A stretch of DNA of 64,000 nt from Minisyncoccota bacterium. GTDB lineage: Bacteria > Patescibacteriota > Minisyncoccia > Phycocordibacterales > UBA9973. A program made the translations under genes and the position numbers. Below are positions 1 through 8,968 of the stretch, piece after piece; the first letter of the stretch is position 1; every line of letters begins with the position of its first letter. A model generated the notes under the pieces. That model was given only the letters and a program-made list of their open reading frames with translations. It was not told the origin of the DNA and ran no database searches. The stretch covers positions 93,360 through 157,359 of the forward strand of contig JBAZRK010000001.1 in assembly GCA_041663005.1 (NCBI GenBank), given 5' to 3'.

Positions 1-262
1 TCCCAAAGGAGAAGTATGGAAAATAGAGGAAATGCTCCCCAAGCTTTTAATGCAAGTGAGAAAAGTTCTAAGCGATAAGCCTATTTTTGTAATTCTAACT
101 TCGTATGCCATTGATTCTTCAGCCCTGTCTCTCGGCTACGCGCTTTCGAGTGCGATGCAGGATTGCGAAGGTAGCGTCGAAGCAGGGGAATTGTGTGTGC
201 TAGAAAAATCAAACGGAAGGATGATACCGCTTGCAAACACTGCAGTGTGGGAGGCGAAATAA
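1..262 (+). CDS. 3' end of a gene running in from upstream of the window (C-terminal fragment; possibly a SAM-dependent methyltransferase C-terminus)
   Basis: Frame is open from position 2 to the stop at 260-262. The tail ...IFVILTSYAID... resembles methyltransferase C-termini, which is weak evidence. Confidence 0.3.
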   Translation, partial: PKGEVWKIEEMLPKLLMQVRKVLSDKPIFVILTSYAIDSSALSLGYALSSAMQDCEGSVEAGELCVLEKSNGRMIPLANTAVWEAK

Positions 263-268
263 TTTTGT

Positions 269-631
269 TTACTGTGAAGCTTCTGGATCCTCTTCGTCTA
301 TAATTTCTCCCTGAATATCTTCGACATCTTCTTGAATTTCATCAACGTCTTTTTGGATTTCATCGACATCCTCCTGAATTTCGCCGATATCTTCAGAAAC
401 CTCCTCAAGTTCTTCAGCGTGTTGGTTCACTGTCATTTGTATAAAAATCGAAAGGTAGATTGCTTCGAGGGAGACCACCGTAGTTAGTATCAAGAGTACA
501 TCTTCGGAAGAAATTCCAAAAATTCGCAATCCTAACATTCCGACGAAGAAAAGGGTATGTACAATAATAGACTGGGGAGACCCAATCCATCGAGTAAGTT
601 TTCTAGAAAAATTCTCAAACTTTTTTCGCAT
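269..631 (-). CDS. small membrane protein (DUF1003-like) with a C-terminal acidic tandem-repeat tail
   Basis: Two predicted TM helices (HTLFFVGMLGL..., LLILTTVVSLEAIYLSIF). The C-terminus carries EIQEDVDEIQKDVDEIQEDVEDIQ repeats, visible as a roughly 24-nt DNA repeat at about 290-400. Confidence 0.5.
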   Translation of the reverse strand: MRKKFENFSRKLTRWIGSPQSIIVHTLFFVGMLGLRIFGISSEDVLLILTTVVSLEAIYLSIFIQMTVNQHAEELEEVSEDIGEIQEDVDEIQKDVDEIQEDVEDIQGEIIDEEDPEASQ

Positions 632-729
632 TGCTTTGACTGGACATTACGCTAACGACTATGTATATGATACAATAGGATTTAAGGGAATACAAGTCGC
701 CCTTGCTAATTTAGTCAATTGTAAATCAT

Positions 730-1323
730 ATGAAAGAGTTTATAAAGAAAAACTTTGCCATACTGCTCGCTTTTATTTTACCGGTATTGCTCATAGTGGT
801 TGTGGTTCTGGTTACTTACATACCCTCATTTTTTGTGGATACAAATTATAACTTCATTTATGTGTCTTGTGGTGACGGCAATAATTATTATTCGTACAAT
901 TATGAATGCGCCGGCCTTGCAAGGCAAAGGTATTCAGTGGAGAATAACAGACTTGTAATAAACCCCGTTAGCCCACAGGAAGATATAGACACAAATAAAA
1001 TAACAAACCTTTCTGCCACCTTAAACAACGCACGTATTTTTTTACACAATACTGAAAAGAACGAAAGTCGAGAAATTACCTTGGCTGAAGCACAGATGCT
1101 AACTTTGAATGGTCTTATCACTGCGCCCGATGGTGTGACTATCTCAAGTTATTATCAACAAGGAGATTACATATTTCCCTTCGGTGGAAGTTCTTCCTCG
1201 TATGGATATTACCTGACCAAAGGCAAAGGTAAGCAAAAGCTGAACCTCGTAAATACTTCTGATCGGTATTATTATCGTGACAACTTCGAATTCATTGGAT
1301 GGGTTTTGCCAGGCAGAAATTAA
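730..1323 (+). CDS. hypothetical membrane-anchored/secreted protein
   Basis: N-terminal hydrophobic helix ILLAFILPVLLIVVVVLV followed by an N/Y/S-rich extracytoplasmic region. No recognisable catalytic motif. Confidence 0.45.
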   Translation: MKEFIKKNFAILLAFILPVLLIVVVVLVTYIPSFFVDTNYNFIYVSCGDGNNYYSYNYECAGLARQRYSVENNRLVINPVSPQEDIDTNKITNLSATLNNARIFLHNTEKNESREITLAEAQMLTLNGLITAPDGVTISSYYQQGDYIFPFGGSSSSYGYYLTKGKGKQKLNLVNTSDRYYYRDNFEFIGWVLPGRN

Positions 1324-1344
1324 TTATCAATTTTAGCTATTTTT

Positions 1345-2322
1345 ATGACTAAAGAAGAATTATTGCAAGAGCTTTCAAGTAAAATAAGTTCTGGAGAATT
1401 AAACAAAAGTGAAATTATGACTCGGCTGAATATAGCTGTAACTTCAGGAGAGAGTGCAGTAGTTCATAACGAACCTTCTCGTTTTTCTCCAACAAAAATG
1501 CTTTATGTTTTAGGAGCGGCGATAGCGTTAATCGGCATTATAATTTTTGTTGGGCAGATCTGGGACCAACTAGGATCCTTTGGGCATATTGCTGTTACTT
1601 TGGGCATGGGATTAATTCTCGCTATTATGGGCGCGGTGTTGCTACGACAAAAACCAGCAGACAAAATAGGCGCAGTATTTCACTCTCTTGGCGGGCTCCT
1701 TATTCCAGGTGGCGCTGTTGTGTTGTTGAATGAGATGAACTTGGTGACAGCTTGGCCCTTGGCTCTGACATTCGGAGTGATTTTCCTTTTCTATTTAATG
1801 CTCTGTATGGTTCAAAAGAGTGCGGTGCTAACTTTCTTCGCAATAGCCAATGGCACGGTATTTATATATTTGATTGTGCAGGCAATACTCGGGGGAGCAT
1901 TTTACCAACACGGAGATGTGTATGCTTACTTAACAATGGCAATCGGGGTAAGTTATCTTTTGTTGGCCCACGCTTTTCGCTCGGGGTGGAACCAGCCAGT
2001 TGTTTCAGCGCTGTCATTTTTTGGTAGTGTTGGATTTTTTGGAGCTGCATTCACCAGAGTGTTCGATTCAACGCCGTGGCAGATGTTTTATTTTCTTCTT
2101 GTAATAGGTGGCCTCTTCCTGTCCGCCCACCTTAGAAGTCGAAGTCTCTTGATTGTTAGTACGATGTTCTTGATTGCTCATGTTTCGTATATTACAGGAG
2201 AGTATTTTGCGGATTCCATCGGGTGGCCGGTGGCGCTCATCCTCTTGGGATTTATTTTTATCGGACTGGGATATGTGTCTATAACTATAAACAAGAAGTA
2301 CATTAAATCAGTGGTCGCGTAA
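1345..2322 (+). CDS. polytopic integral membrane protein of unknown function
   Basis: A roughly 45-aa soluble N-terminus followed by at least 7 hydrophobic helices. Long ORF in a coding-dense region. Confidence 0.5.
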   Translation: MTKEELLQELSSKISSGELNKSEIMTRLNIAVTSGESAVVHNEPSRFSPTKMLYVLGAAIALIGIIIFVGQIWDQLGSFGHIAVTLGMGLILAIMGAVLLRQKPADKIGAVFHSLGGLLIPGGAVVLLNEMNLVTAWPLALTFGVIFLFYLMLCMVQKSAVLTFFAIANGTVFIYLIVQAILGGAFYQHGDVYAYLTMAIGVSYLLLAHAFRSGWNQPVVSALSFFGSVGFFGAAFTRVFDSTPWQMFYFLLVIGGLFLSAHLRSRSLLIVSTMFLIAHVSYITGEYFADSIGWPVALILLGFIFIGLGYVSITINKKYIKSVVA

Positions 2323-2365
2323 ATCGTTTTGCAAAAGCTTATATTTTAGGTATTATTAAGAGCAT

Positions 2366-5200
2366 ATGAAAGAATATGAGCACTTAAAGCTGGAAAAAAA
2401 GTGGCAGAATGAATGGGAGAAAAAGAGGATTTACCACGCTCAAAACAAATCTAAAAAACCAAAGTATTACAGTTTGATTGAATTTCCGTATCCCTCAGGC
2501 GATGGTCTCCATGTCGGGCATCCTCGCCCATACATAGGAATGGATGTGATTTCTAGGAAACGCCGATTAGAAGGCTATAATGTTTTATACCCAATAGGCT
2601 GGGATGCGTTTGGTTTGCCGACGGAAAACTTTGCCATAAAAACAGGGAAAGATCCGCGAATAGTTACTAAGAAAAATAGTGAAAATTTCAAACGCCAAAT
2701 AAAATCTCTTGGGATTTCTTTTGATTGGTCTAGGGAAATAAATACCACCGATCCGAAATATTATAAATGGACGCAGTGGATATTTTTACAATTTTTGAAA
2801 AAAGGTTTAGCCTACAAGGCGAAGATTGCGATAAATTGGTGCCCGAAAGATAAAATTGGTTTAGCCAATGAAGAAGTCGTCGGAGGAAATTGCGAACGAT
2901 GCGGAACGCCCGTTGAAAAAAGAGAGAAAGAGCAATGGATGCTTGCTATTACAAAATACGCAGAGCGCCTAGATAAAGATTTAGATGATGTGGATTATTT
3001 ACCACAAATAAAATTAGCCCAAAGAAACTGGATAGGTAAATCCGAAGGGGCAGAGATTGATTTTCCAGTTGCACATCCGAGGGTCAAAAGATTCGTTATT
3101 CTGCACGGCAGGTCCAGTAGGCCCGGCGACAATTCATATCCATGGCTAAAAAAGGAATTAGAATCACGGGGATATAAAGTCGAAGTACCTGAAATGCCTA
3201 ATTCGGGGGAACCGAACGATTTAGAGCAAGCGGATTTTGTAAAGAAACATTGCCAATTAGACGAGGGTACAGTTGTGGTGGGACACTCTATGGGAGGCAT
3301 TGTTGCACTTAGACTGCTTGAACAAGGTGCCAAAGTTCACGGAGTAGTCTTGGTGGCTACTCCTTCAACAGGGTTATTCTTAGACAAAAAACCTAGACCC
3401 ACAGTTACCCAAGCTGCGCAAAGAGGATTTAAATATGGGGAAATAAAACAGAACGCAGACTATTTTAGACTTTTGTATGATTCAGGCGATACCGTTGTTC
3501 CTGCCTCTGACGGCGAATTGTTTGCAAAAAAATTAAATTCCTATTGTCAATTTTCAACTGGAGAAAAACCTCATTTTCAGGGCAAAGAAGAACCAGCCAT
3601 TTTAGATTTACTGTTGCCGCATATTAAAGTTTTCACAACTCGACCTGATACTATTTTCGGAGCGACGTTTTTAGCGATTGCACCGGAGCTTGCTAAAAAA
3701 TTGACTGGTAAAAATTTCGGTATTAAAGTTGACACGGAAAGGGAGAACAGGGAAAAGCTGGGTGCAGATACCGGACTTAAAGCAAAAAATCCTGCAACCG
3801 GTCAAGAAATTCCAGTTTGGGTAGTTAATTATGTGTCGGCAGATTATGGCACGGGGGCAATTATGGGTGTGCCTGCTGATGACGAGCGAGACAACGAATT
3901 TGCAAAGAAGTTTAATTTGCCAATAGTTGAGAATTATAAAAAGGCAGGATTTGAAGATTTCGGGAAAAGGATTACAAAGTTTAAGCTTCGCGATTGGGTG
4001 TTTTCTCGCCAGCGATATTGGGGAGAGCCGATACCCGTGATTCTTTGTGAGAAATGTGGCATTGTTCCTGTTCCAGAGCGTGATTTACCGGTAGAACTTC
4101 CTAAAGTTAAAAATTACCAGCCGACGGATAGCGGGGAAAGCCCTCTTGCTAATATTTCCAAATGGGTAAATACCAAATGTCCAAAATGCAAAGGTACAGC
4201 AAAAAGAGAAACAGACACTATGCCAAACTGGGCTGGCTCTAGCTGGTATTACCTCCGTTATACAGACCCGAAGAATGCAAAAGCTTTTGCCGATAAAAAG
4301 GCATTAAAATATTGGACACCGGTGGACTGGTACAACGGCGGGAATGAGCATACCACTCTTCACTTACTATATTCGCGTTTTTGGCATAAATTTTTGTATG
4401 ATTTAAAACTAGTGCCGACACCAGAACCCTATAAAAAACGCACTTCGCACGGTATGATCTTGGGCGAAGGGGGAGTAAAGATGTCTAAATCTTTAGGCAA
4501 CGTCATAAATCCAGACGAAATTGTGAAAACTTATGGAGCGGATACTTTGCGAGTCTATGAGATGTTTATGGGGCCTTTTAATCAGTCCGTGGCTTGGTCT
4601 ACGGAAAGTATTATCGGAGCGAGGAGATTTATTGAAAAAGTTTGGAGGATAGGGGAGAAAGTTGCCTCGCCTAACGCTTCTGCTCAGGACTTCCTGCAGA
4701 GCAACGTCAGCCATTCGCAAAAGCATTTAGGCTCGAATTCTTCTTTACCAAAACTTCTGAACAAGACAATTAAAAAAGTTTCCGAAGATATTGAAACGAT
4801 GAGTTTCAATACAGCAATATCTTCTCTGATGATTTTAGCGACAGAGATGGAGAAAGCTCCAAGCATTTCAAAAGATGATTATAAAAAATTCTTACAGATA
4901 CTTTCTCCATTCGCTCCCCACATTGCCGAAGAGGTGTGGGCATCTTTAGCTGAGAAAAAGTCTATCAACCTTTCCGTGTGGCCGGAATGGGACGAAGCCT
5001 TGGTAAAAGACGATGAGATAAAAATTGCAGTCCAAATAAACGGCAAAGTGAGGGCCGAGATAATGATAGAAATACAAGACAACGAAGAAAAAATCAAAAA
5101 ACAGGCCTTGGGAGACCCTGCAGTTTTAAGGCACGTAGCCGGTCAGGAAGTTAGAAAAATAATTTATGTCAAAAACCGCCTTATTAACATTGTTTTATAA
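2366..5200 (+). CDS. leuS: leucyl-tRNA synthetase carrying an inserted alpha/beta-hydrolase domain
   Basis: Contains the HIGH motif (HVGHP), NWIGKSEG, the editing-domain motifs TTRPDT and GTGAIMGVPADDERD, and KMSKS. Between EIDF and TTRPDT lies a roughly 185-aa segment with HG...GHSMGG (GxSxG nucleophile elbow) that looks foreign to LeuRS. Confidence 0.9.
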   Translation: MKEYEHLKLEKKWQNEWEKKRIYHAQNKSKKPKYYSLIEFPYPSGDGLHVGHPRPYIGMDVISRKRRLEGYNVLYPIGWDAFGLPTENFAIKTGKDPRIVTKKNSENFKRQIKSLGISFDWSREINTTDPKYYKWTQWIFLQFLKKGLAYKAKIAINWCPKDKIGLANEEVVGGNCERCGTPVEKREKEQWMLAITKYAERLDKDLDDVDYLPQIKLAQRNWIGKSEGAEIDFPVAHPRVKRFVILHGRSSRPGDNSYPWLKKELESRGYKVEVPEMPNSGEPNDLEQADFVKKHCQLDEGTVVVGHSMGGIVALRLLEQGAKVHGVVLVATPSTGLFLDKKPRPTVTQAAQRGFKYGEIKQNADYFRLLYDSGDTVVPASDGELFAKKLNSYCQFSTGEKPHFQGKEEPAILDLLLPHIKVFTTRPDTIFGATFLAIAPELAKKLTGKNFGIKVDTERENREKLGADTGLKAKNPATGQEIPVWVVNYVSADYGTGAIMGVPADDERDNEFAKKFNLPIVENYKKAGFEDFGKRITKFKLRDWVFSRQRYWGEPIPVILCEKCGIVPVPERDLPVELPKVKNYQPTDSGESPLANISKWVNTKCPKCKGTAKRETDTMPNWAGSSWYYLRYTDPKNAKAFADKKALKYWTPVDWYNGGNEHTTLHLLYSRFWHKFLYDLKLVPTPEPYKKRTSHGMILGEGGVKMSKSLGNVINPDEIVKTYGADTLRVYEMFMGPFNQSVAWSTESIIGARRFIEKVWRIGEKVASPNASAQDFLQSNVSHSQKHLGSNSSLPKLLNKTIKKVSEDIETMSFNTAISSLMILATEMEKAPSISKDDYKKFLQILSPFAPHIAEEVWASLAEKKSINLSVWPEWDEALVKDDEIKIAVQINGKVRAEIMIEIQDNEEKIKKQALGDPAVLRHVAGQEVRKIIYVKNRLINIVL

Positions 5201-5226
5201 AGTCGTTTTATAGTATAATTAACGTT

Positions 5227-7212
5227 ATGCGTACAAACACATTCGACAAGCTTTCTTTATTATCATTATTTTTTGTAGCGGTTTTGCTCCCTATTTTCTG
5301 TTTACCCTTCACTAGTGTCTCGACAGAAATCTCTAAAGGTCTTCTTCTGGTGGTTGGGCTTACGATAAGTGTAGTTTTGTGGGCCGTGGGTAGATTTTTT
5401 GACGGCAAAATCACGATTCCTAAATCTTGGCTCTTAGCTACTGGGGGAGTCATAGTTTTAATAACACTTATCTCGGCCTTGTTCTCTCAGGCGCCAAAGG
5501 CCTCTCTTTTTGGTGTAATGTTTGACCTGCAAAGCTTCTTTATGATTTTGGCGGGATTTGTTTTGATGTTTATGTTCTCGGTTTTTTTCCGCACCCAGAA
5601 ACATGCCCGGATGCTTTTATTCGGCATAATCTTATCTTCGGCAATTGTTTTAATATTCCAGAGTGCGCGTTTGTTTATGCCTGGTATTTTATCTCTTGGA
5701 ATTTTCAGTGTCACGGACAAAACTGCTAATGTTATTGGCACCTGGAACAGCTTAGGCCTTTTCGCTGGATTTTCCGCGCTGATGTTCCTTTTAGTTATTG
5801 AATTTTTTTCAATTTCAAAATTGACCAAAATATTACTGCAGGTCTTTATACTGCTTGCGGTGTTGCTTGCTGCTGCAGTTAACTTTACACTTGTCTGGAT
5901 GTTGCTCGGACTATCGAGTTTGATTATCTTCGTATATAAAGCTTCCGCATCATTCCAACGTAAACCGGAAGAAGAAACGACACAGAAGCATTTCCCAGTT
6001 GTCGCATTTGTGGTTGTTATGGTTTCCCTTGTTTTTCTTACCGCAGGACCAGCATTTCGGGCTTACGCACCTGAGAAACTAAAAATAACAAATAATATCG
6101 AAGTTGGACCCTCACTCTCAGCTACTTTAGCAGTAGGAAAGAACGTTATTGTTCGAGATCCGATTTTAGGTATTGGTCCAAATAAATTTAGTCAAGCTTG
6201 GTCTCAATATAAACCTCTTGAAGTTAATTCCACCGTTTTGTGGGACGTGCCATTCGACGCAGGTTCAGGATTATTGCCCACAATTTTCGCTACTAATGGT
6301 ATCTTAGGATTGCTACCGTGGCTTGCATTCTTGGGATTATTTCTGTTTGTGGGAGGAAAATCCGTATTCTCGAATATTAAGAACGGTGTTAATTGGGAGA
6401 TGATGGCATTTTTCGTGCTGTCTCTATATCTATTCATAACTTTGTTCTTGTATGCTACGGGGGTTGTTATGTTGCTTTTATTCCTAGCCTTCACTGGAGT
6501 ATTTGTCGGGCTTGCCACGGGGAGTAAAGATCAAGAAATTTCAATTTTATTCTTAAACGACCATCGCAAGAGTTTCTTTTCTATCCTCGCGCTTATTCTT
6601 GTTGTTATTGCTTCTATCGCGGGTACTTTCAGATATTTCGAACGCTTTGCCTCGGTGCCTGTTTTCAGGAGAGCACTTATGGCCACAGAGTTACCGGTAG
6701 CAGAAACTGCAATAAAGAAAGCCATCTCGATGAATTATAATGATTTATATTTGCGTTCTTACGCACAAGTTTATTTTGCAAAATTTAACTCAATATTAGG
6801 CTCGAAGAGTTCTCTGACTGACAAAGAGAAAGCAGACCTAGAAACAGCCTTACAGCAAGCAATAGGCGCCGCTCGGGAGGCAGTAGACTATAATCCTGGT
6901 GAATATCAGAACTATCGTTTACTCGGTTCCATATATGAGACTGCTGGCCTGGTTGGATATCCAGGAGCTTATGCCCAAGCTGTGGCTACTTACCAAACCG
7001 CATCAGAGTTGAATCCATTTAACCCAATCCTTAAGTTAGGACAATCACGTGCGTCATTGGCAGATGGGAAGAGGGAAGATGCTATCAAATATGCCGAAGA
7101 AGCTCTTACACTGGCGCCCTTAGACAAAGGAATTATAGATTATGTTAATTCTCTAAAAACAAAAACTTCCACCACCACTCCGCCACCCGTCACACCGGAA
7201 GCCAATAACTGA
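5227..7212 (+). CDS. O-antigen ligase / Wzy-like polytopic membrane protein with C-terminal TPR-like repeats and a Thr/Pro-rich tail
   Basis: At least 10 TM helices over about 440 aa. The C-terminal soluble region has TPR-like repeats (YRLLGSIYETAG..., AIKYAEEALTLAP). The protein ends in TTTPPPVTPEANN. Confidence 0.6.
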   Translation: MRTNTFDKLSLLSLFFVAVLLPIFCLPFTSVSTEISKGLLLVVGLTISVVLWAVGRFFDGKITIPKSWLLATGGVIVLITLISALFSQAPKASLFGVMFDLQSFFMILAGFVLMFMFSVFFRTQKHARMLLFGIILSSAIVLIFQSARLFMPGILSLGIFSVTDKTANVIGTWNSLGLFAGFSALMFLLVIEFFSISKLTKILLQVFILLAVLLAAAVNFTLVWMLLGLSSLIIFVYKASASFQRKPEEETTQKHFPVVAFVVVMVSLVFLTAGPAFRAYAPEKLKITNNIEVGPSLSATLAVGKNVIVRDPILGIGPNKFSQAWSQYKPLEVNSTVLWDVPFDAGSGLLPTIFATNGILGLLPWLAFLGLFLFVGGKSVFSNIKNGVNWEMMAFFVLSLYLFITLFLYATGVVMLLLFLAFTGVFVGLATGSKDQEISILFLNDHRKSFFSILALILVVIASIAGTFRYFERFASVPVFRRALMATELPVAETAIKKAISMNYNDLYLRSYAQVYFAKFNSILGSKSSLTDKEKADLETALQQAIGAAREAVDYNPGEYQNYRLLGSIYETAGLVGYPGAYAQAVATYQTASELNPFNPILKLGQSRASLADGKREDAIKYAEEALTLAPLDKGIIDYVNSLKTKTSTTTPPPVTPEANN

Positions 7213-7227
7213 TAAATTAATTCAAGA

Positions 7228-8907
7228 ATGGAGAAGATACTGAGAATTTTTACGAAAGAATCGGGGAACATAAACCAGGCAGCATTACTTTTAGGCTCCT
7301 TCACATTTCTTTCTCAAGTTCTCGCTCTTTTCCGCGATCGCGCTATTGCACACTACGTTGGTCCGTCTCCATCACTTGATGCGTATTATGCAGCATTCCG
7401 GGTGCCCGACCTAATTTTTATTAGCATTGCTTCTCTGGCTTCCATCACTGTTCTGATCCCGTTTTTGGTTGCAAAAATGGATGGAGAAAAAGTCACCAAT
7501 GAAGCTCGGAAATTTTTAAACGATGTTTTCACTGTGTTTTTCAGTTTAGTTGTTGTAGTTTCAGCTTTTGCGTTTTTGTTAATGCCACACTTAGTTTTCT
7601 TTATAGCTCCGGGATTTGCACCCGCGAACCAGGCGCAAGTGGTGTTGTTATCCCGTATTATGCTCCTGTCTCCAATTTTAATTGGGTTATCCAATCTATT
7701 TGGCACCGTTACTCAACTTTTTCGTAAATTTTTCATTTATTCCTTAAGCCCCATTTTTTATAACTTTGGTATTATTGCTGGAGTTGTTTTCCTTTATCCA
7801 AAATTCGGCATTTATGGAATGGCTTTTGGGGTCGCTTTGGGTGCATTGTTACATTTTTCAATTCAGGTTTTCGCGGCACACAATTCTGGATTTTCTCCGC
7901 GATTTTCGCTTTCTGTGAATTTCAAAGATATCAAACGGGCTGCCCAGACGTCTTTACCGCGAACACTTGGCTTAGCTTTCAACAACATAGCCCTCATAGT
8001 TATTATCGCGCTTGCGTCTTTCCTGAAAGGCGGCTCTATCTCGATATTTAATTTTTCGTATAACCTACAGTCGGTACCACTCAATATTATTGGAATTTCT
8101 TATGCCGTGGCGGCTTTTCCAATTCTCGCCAAATCTTTCGGTGCTGGCAAACAAGATGAATTCAAGCAGCACCTGAAAGAAGCTTCACGAGCAATAGTTT
8201 TCTGGTCGTTGCCGGTGATTTTCCTTTTTATCGTGCTTCGAGCGCAGATTGTCAGAGTTATTCTTGGTTCCGGATCTTTTTCTTGGGATAATACACGACT
8301 CGTAGCTGCTTGTCTGGCTATTTTTTCTGTTTCGATTCTGGCTCAAGGGATGATTACGCTTTTATCTAGATCATATTATGCTACGGGCAACACGAGGCGC
8401 CCACTCTTGATGAATTTTTCGTGTTCGGTTCTGATTATAATTTTGTCCTACGTTTTAATTCATTTATTCCAAAACGTGCCTCTCTTTCGTTACTTTATCG
8501 AATCCCTTTTGAAGGTTAGTGGTGTGGAGGGAACTGAAGTTTTAATGTTGCCACTTGCGTATTCACTTGGCACGATACTCAATTTCATTTTACAAGCCGT
8601 GTATATTAAGCGTGATTTTTTACCCACGGAGCATTTCGTCAGCAAAACTTTTTTTCAGAGTTTGGGTGCCTCTTTCTTCTTGGGTCTAGTTGCTTATTTA
8701 AGTTTAAACGCGCTTTCTCCCGTATTCGGAACTACGACTTTCTGGGGTGTTTTACTGCAGGGATTGATCTCCGGAGTGCTGGGCATTCTTGCTGGTGGGG
8801 CCGTACTTTATCTTTTGGGCAGCGAAGAATTACGGGCCTTAATGCAAACACTGACTTCGAAATTCTGGAAAGCAAAAGTTATTGCCCCTTCCACAGAAGA
8901 ACTCTAA
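7228..8907 (+). CDS. murJ: lipid II flippase MurJ (MviN family)
   Basis: About 560 aa with 14 TM helices. The N-terminus (LLLGSFTFLSQVLALFRDRAIAHYVG) is typical of MurJ/MviN. Confidence 0.8.
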   Translation: MEKILRIFTKESGNINQAALLLGSFTFLSQVLALFRDRAIAHYVGPSPSLDAYYAAFRVPDLIFISIASLASITVLIPFLVAKMDGEKVTNEARKFLNDVFTVFFSLVVVVSAFAFLLMPHLVFFIAPGFAPANQAQVVLLSRIMLLSPILIGLSNLFGTVTQLFRKFFIYSLSPIFYNFGIIAGVVFLYPKFGIYGMAFGVALGALLHFSIQVFAAHNSGFSPRFSLSVNFKDIKRAAQTSLPRTLGLAFNNIALIVIIALASFLKGGSISIFNFSYNLQSVPLNIIGISYAVAAFPILAKSFGAGKQDEFKQHLKEASRAIVFWSLPVIFLFIVLRAQIVRVILGSGSFSWDNTRLVAACLAIFSVSILAQGMITLLSRSYYATGNTRRPLLMNFSCSVLIIILSYVLIHLFQNVPLFRYFIESLLKVSGVEGTEVLMLPLAYSLGTILNFILQAVYIKRDFLPTEHFVSKTFFQSLGASFFLGLVAYLSLNALSPVFGTTTFWGVLLQGLISGVLGILAGGAVLYLLGSEELRALMQTLTSKFWKAKVIAPSTEEL

Positions 8908-8968
8908 TCTGGAACTGATTTTCTTTTTTAGCTTTGAAATAAAGGGTATTTTGTGATACCATGAGCAG

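Noticed and set aside
2995-5097. Multiple 60-110-aa ORFs antisense within leuS (2995..3333, 4239..4421, 4493..4726, 4684..4866, 4879..5097)
   Set aside because: All lie inside a well-supported long CDS on the opposite strand and have no independent support.
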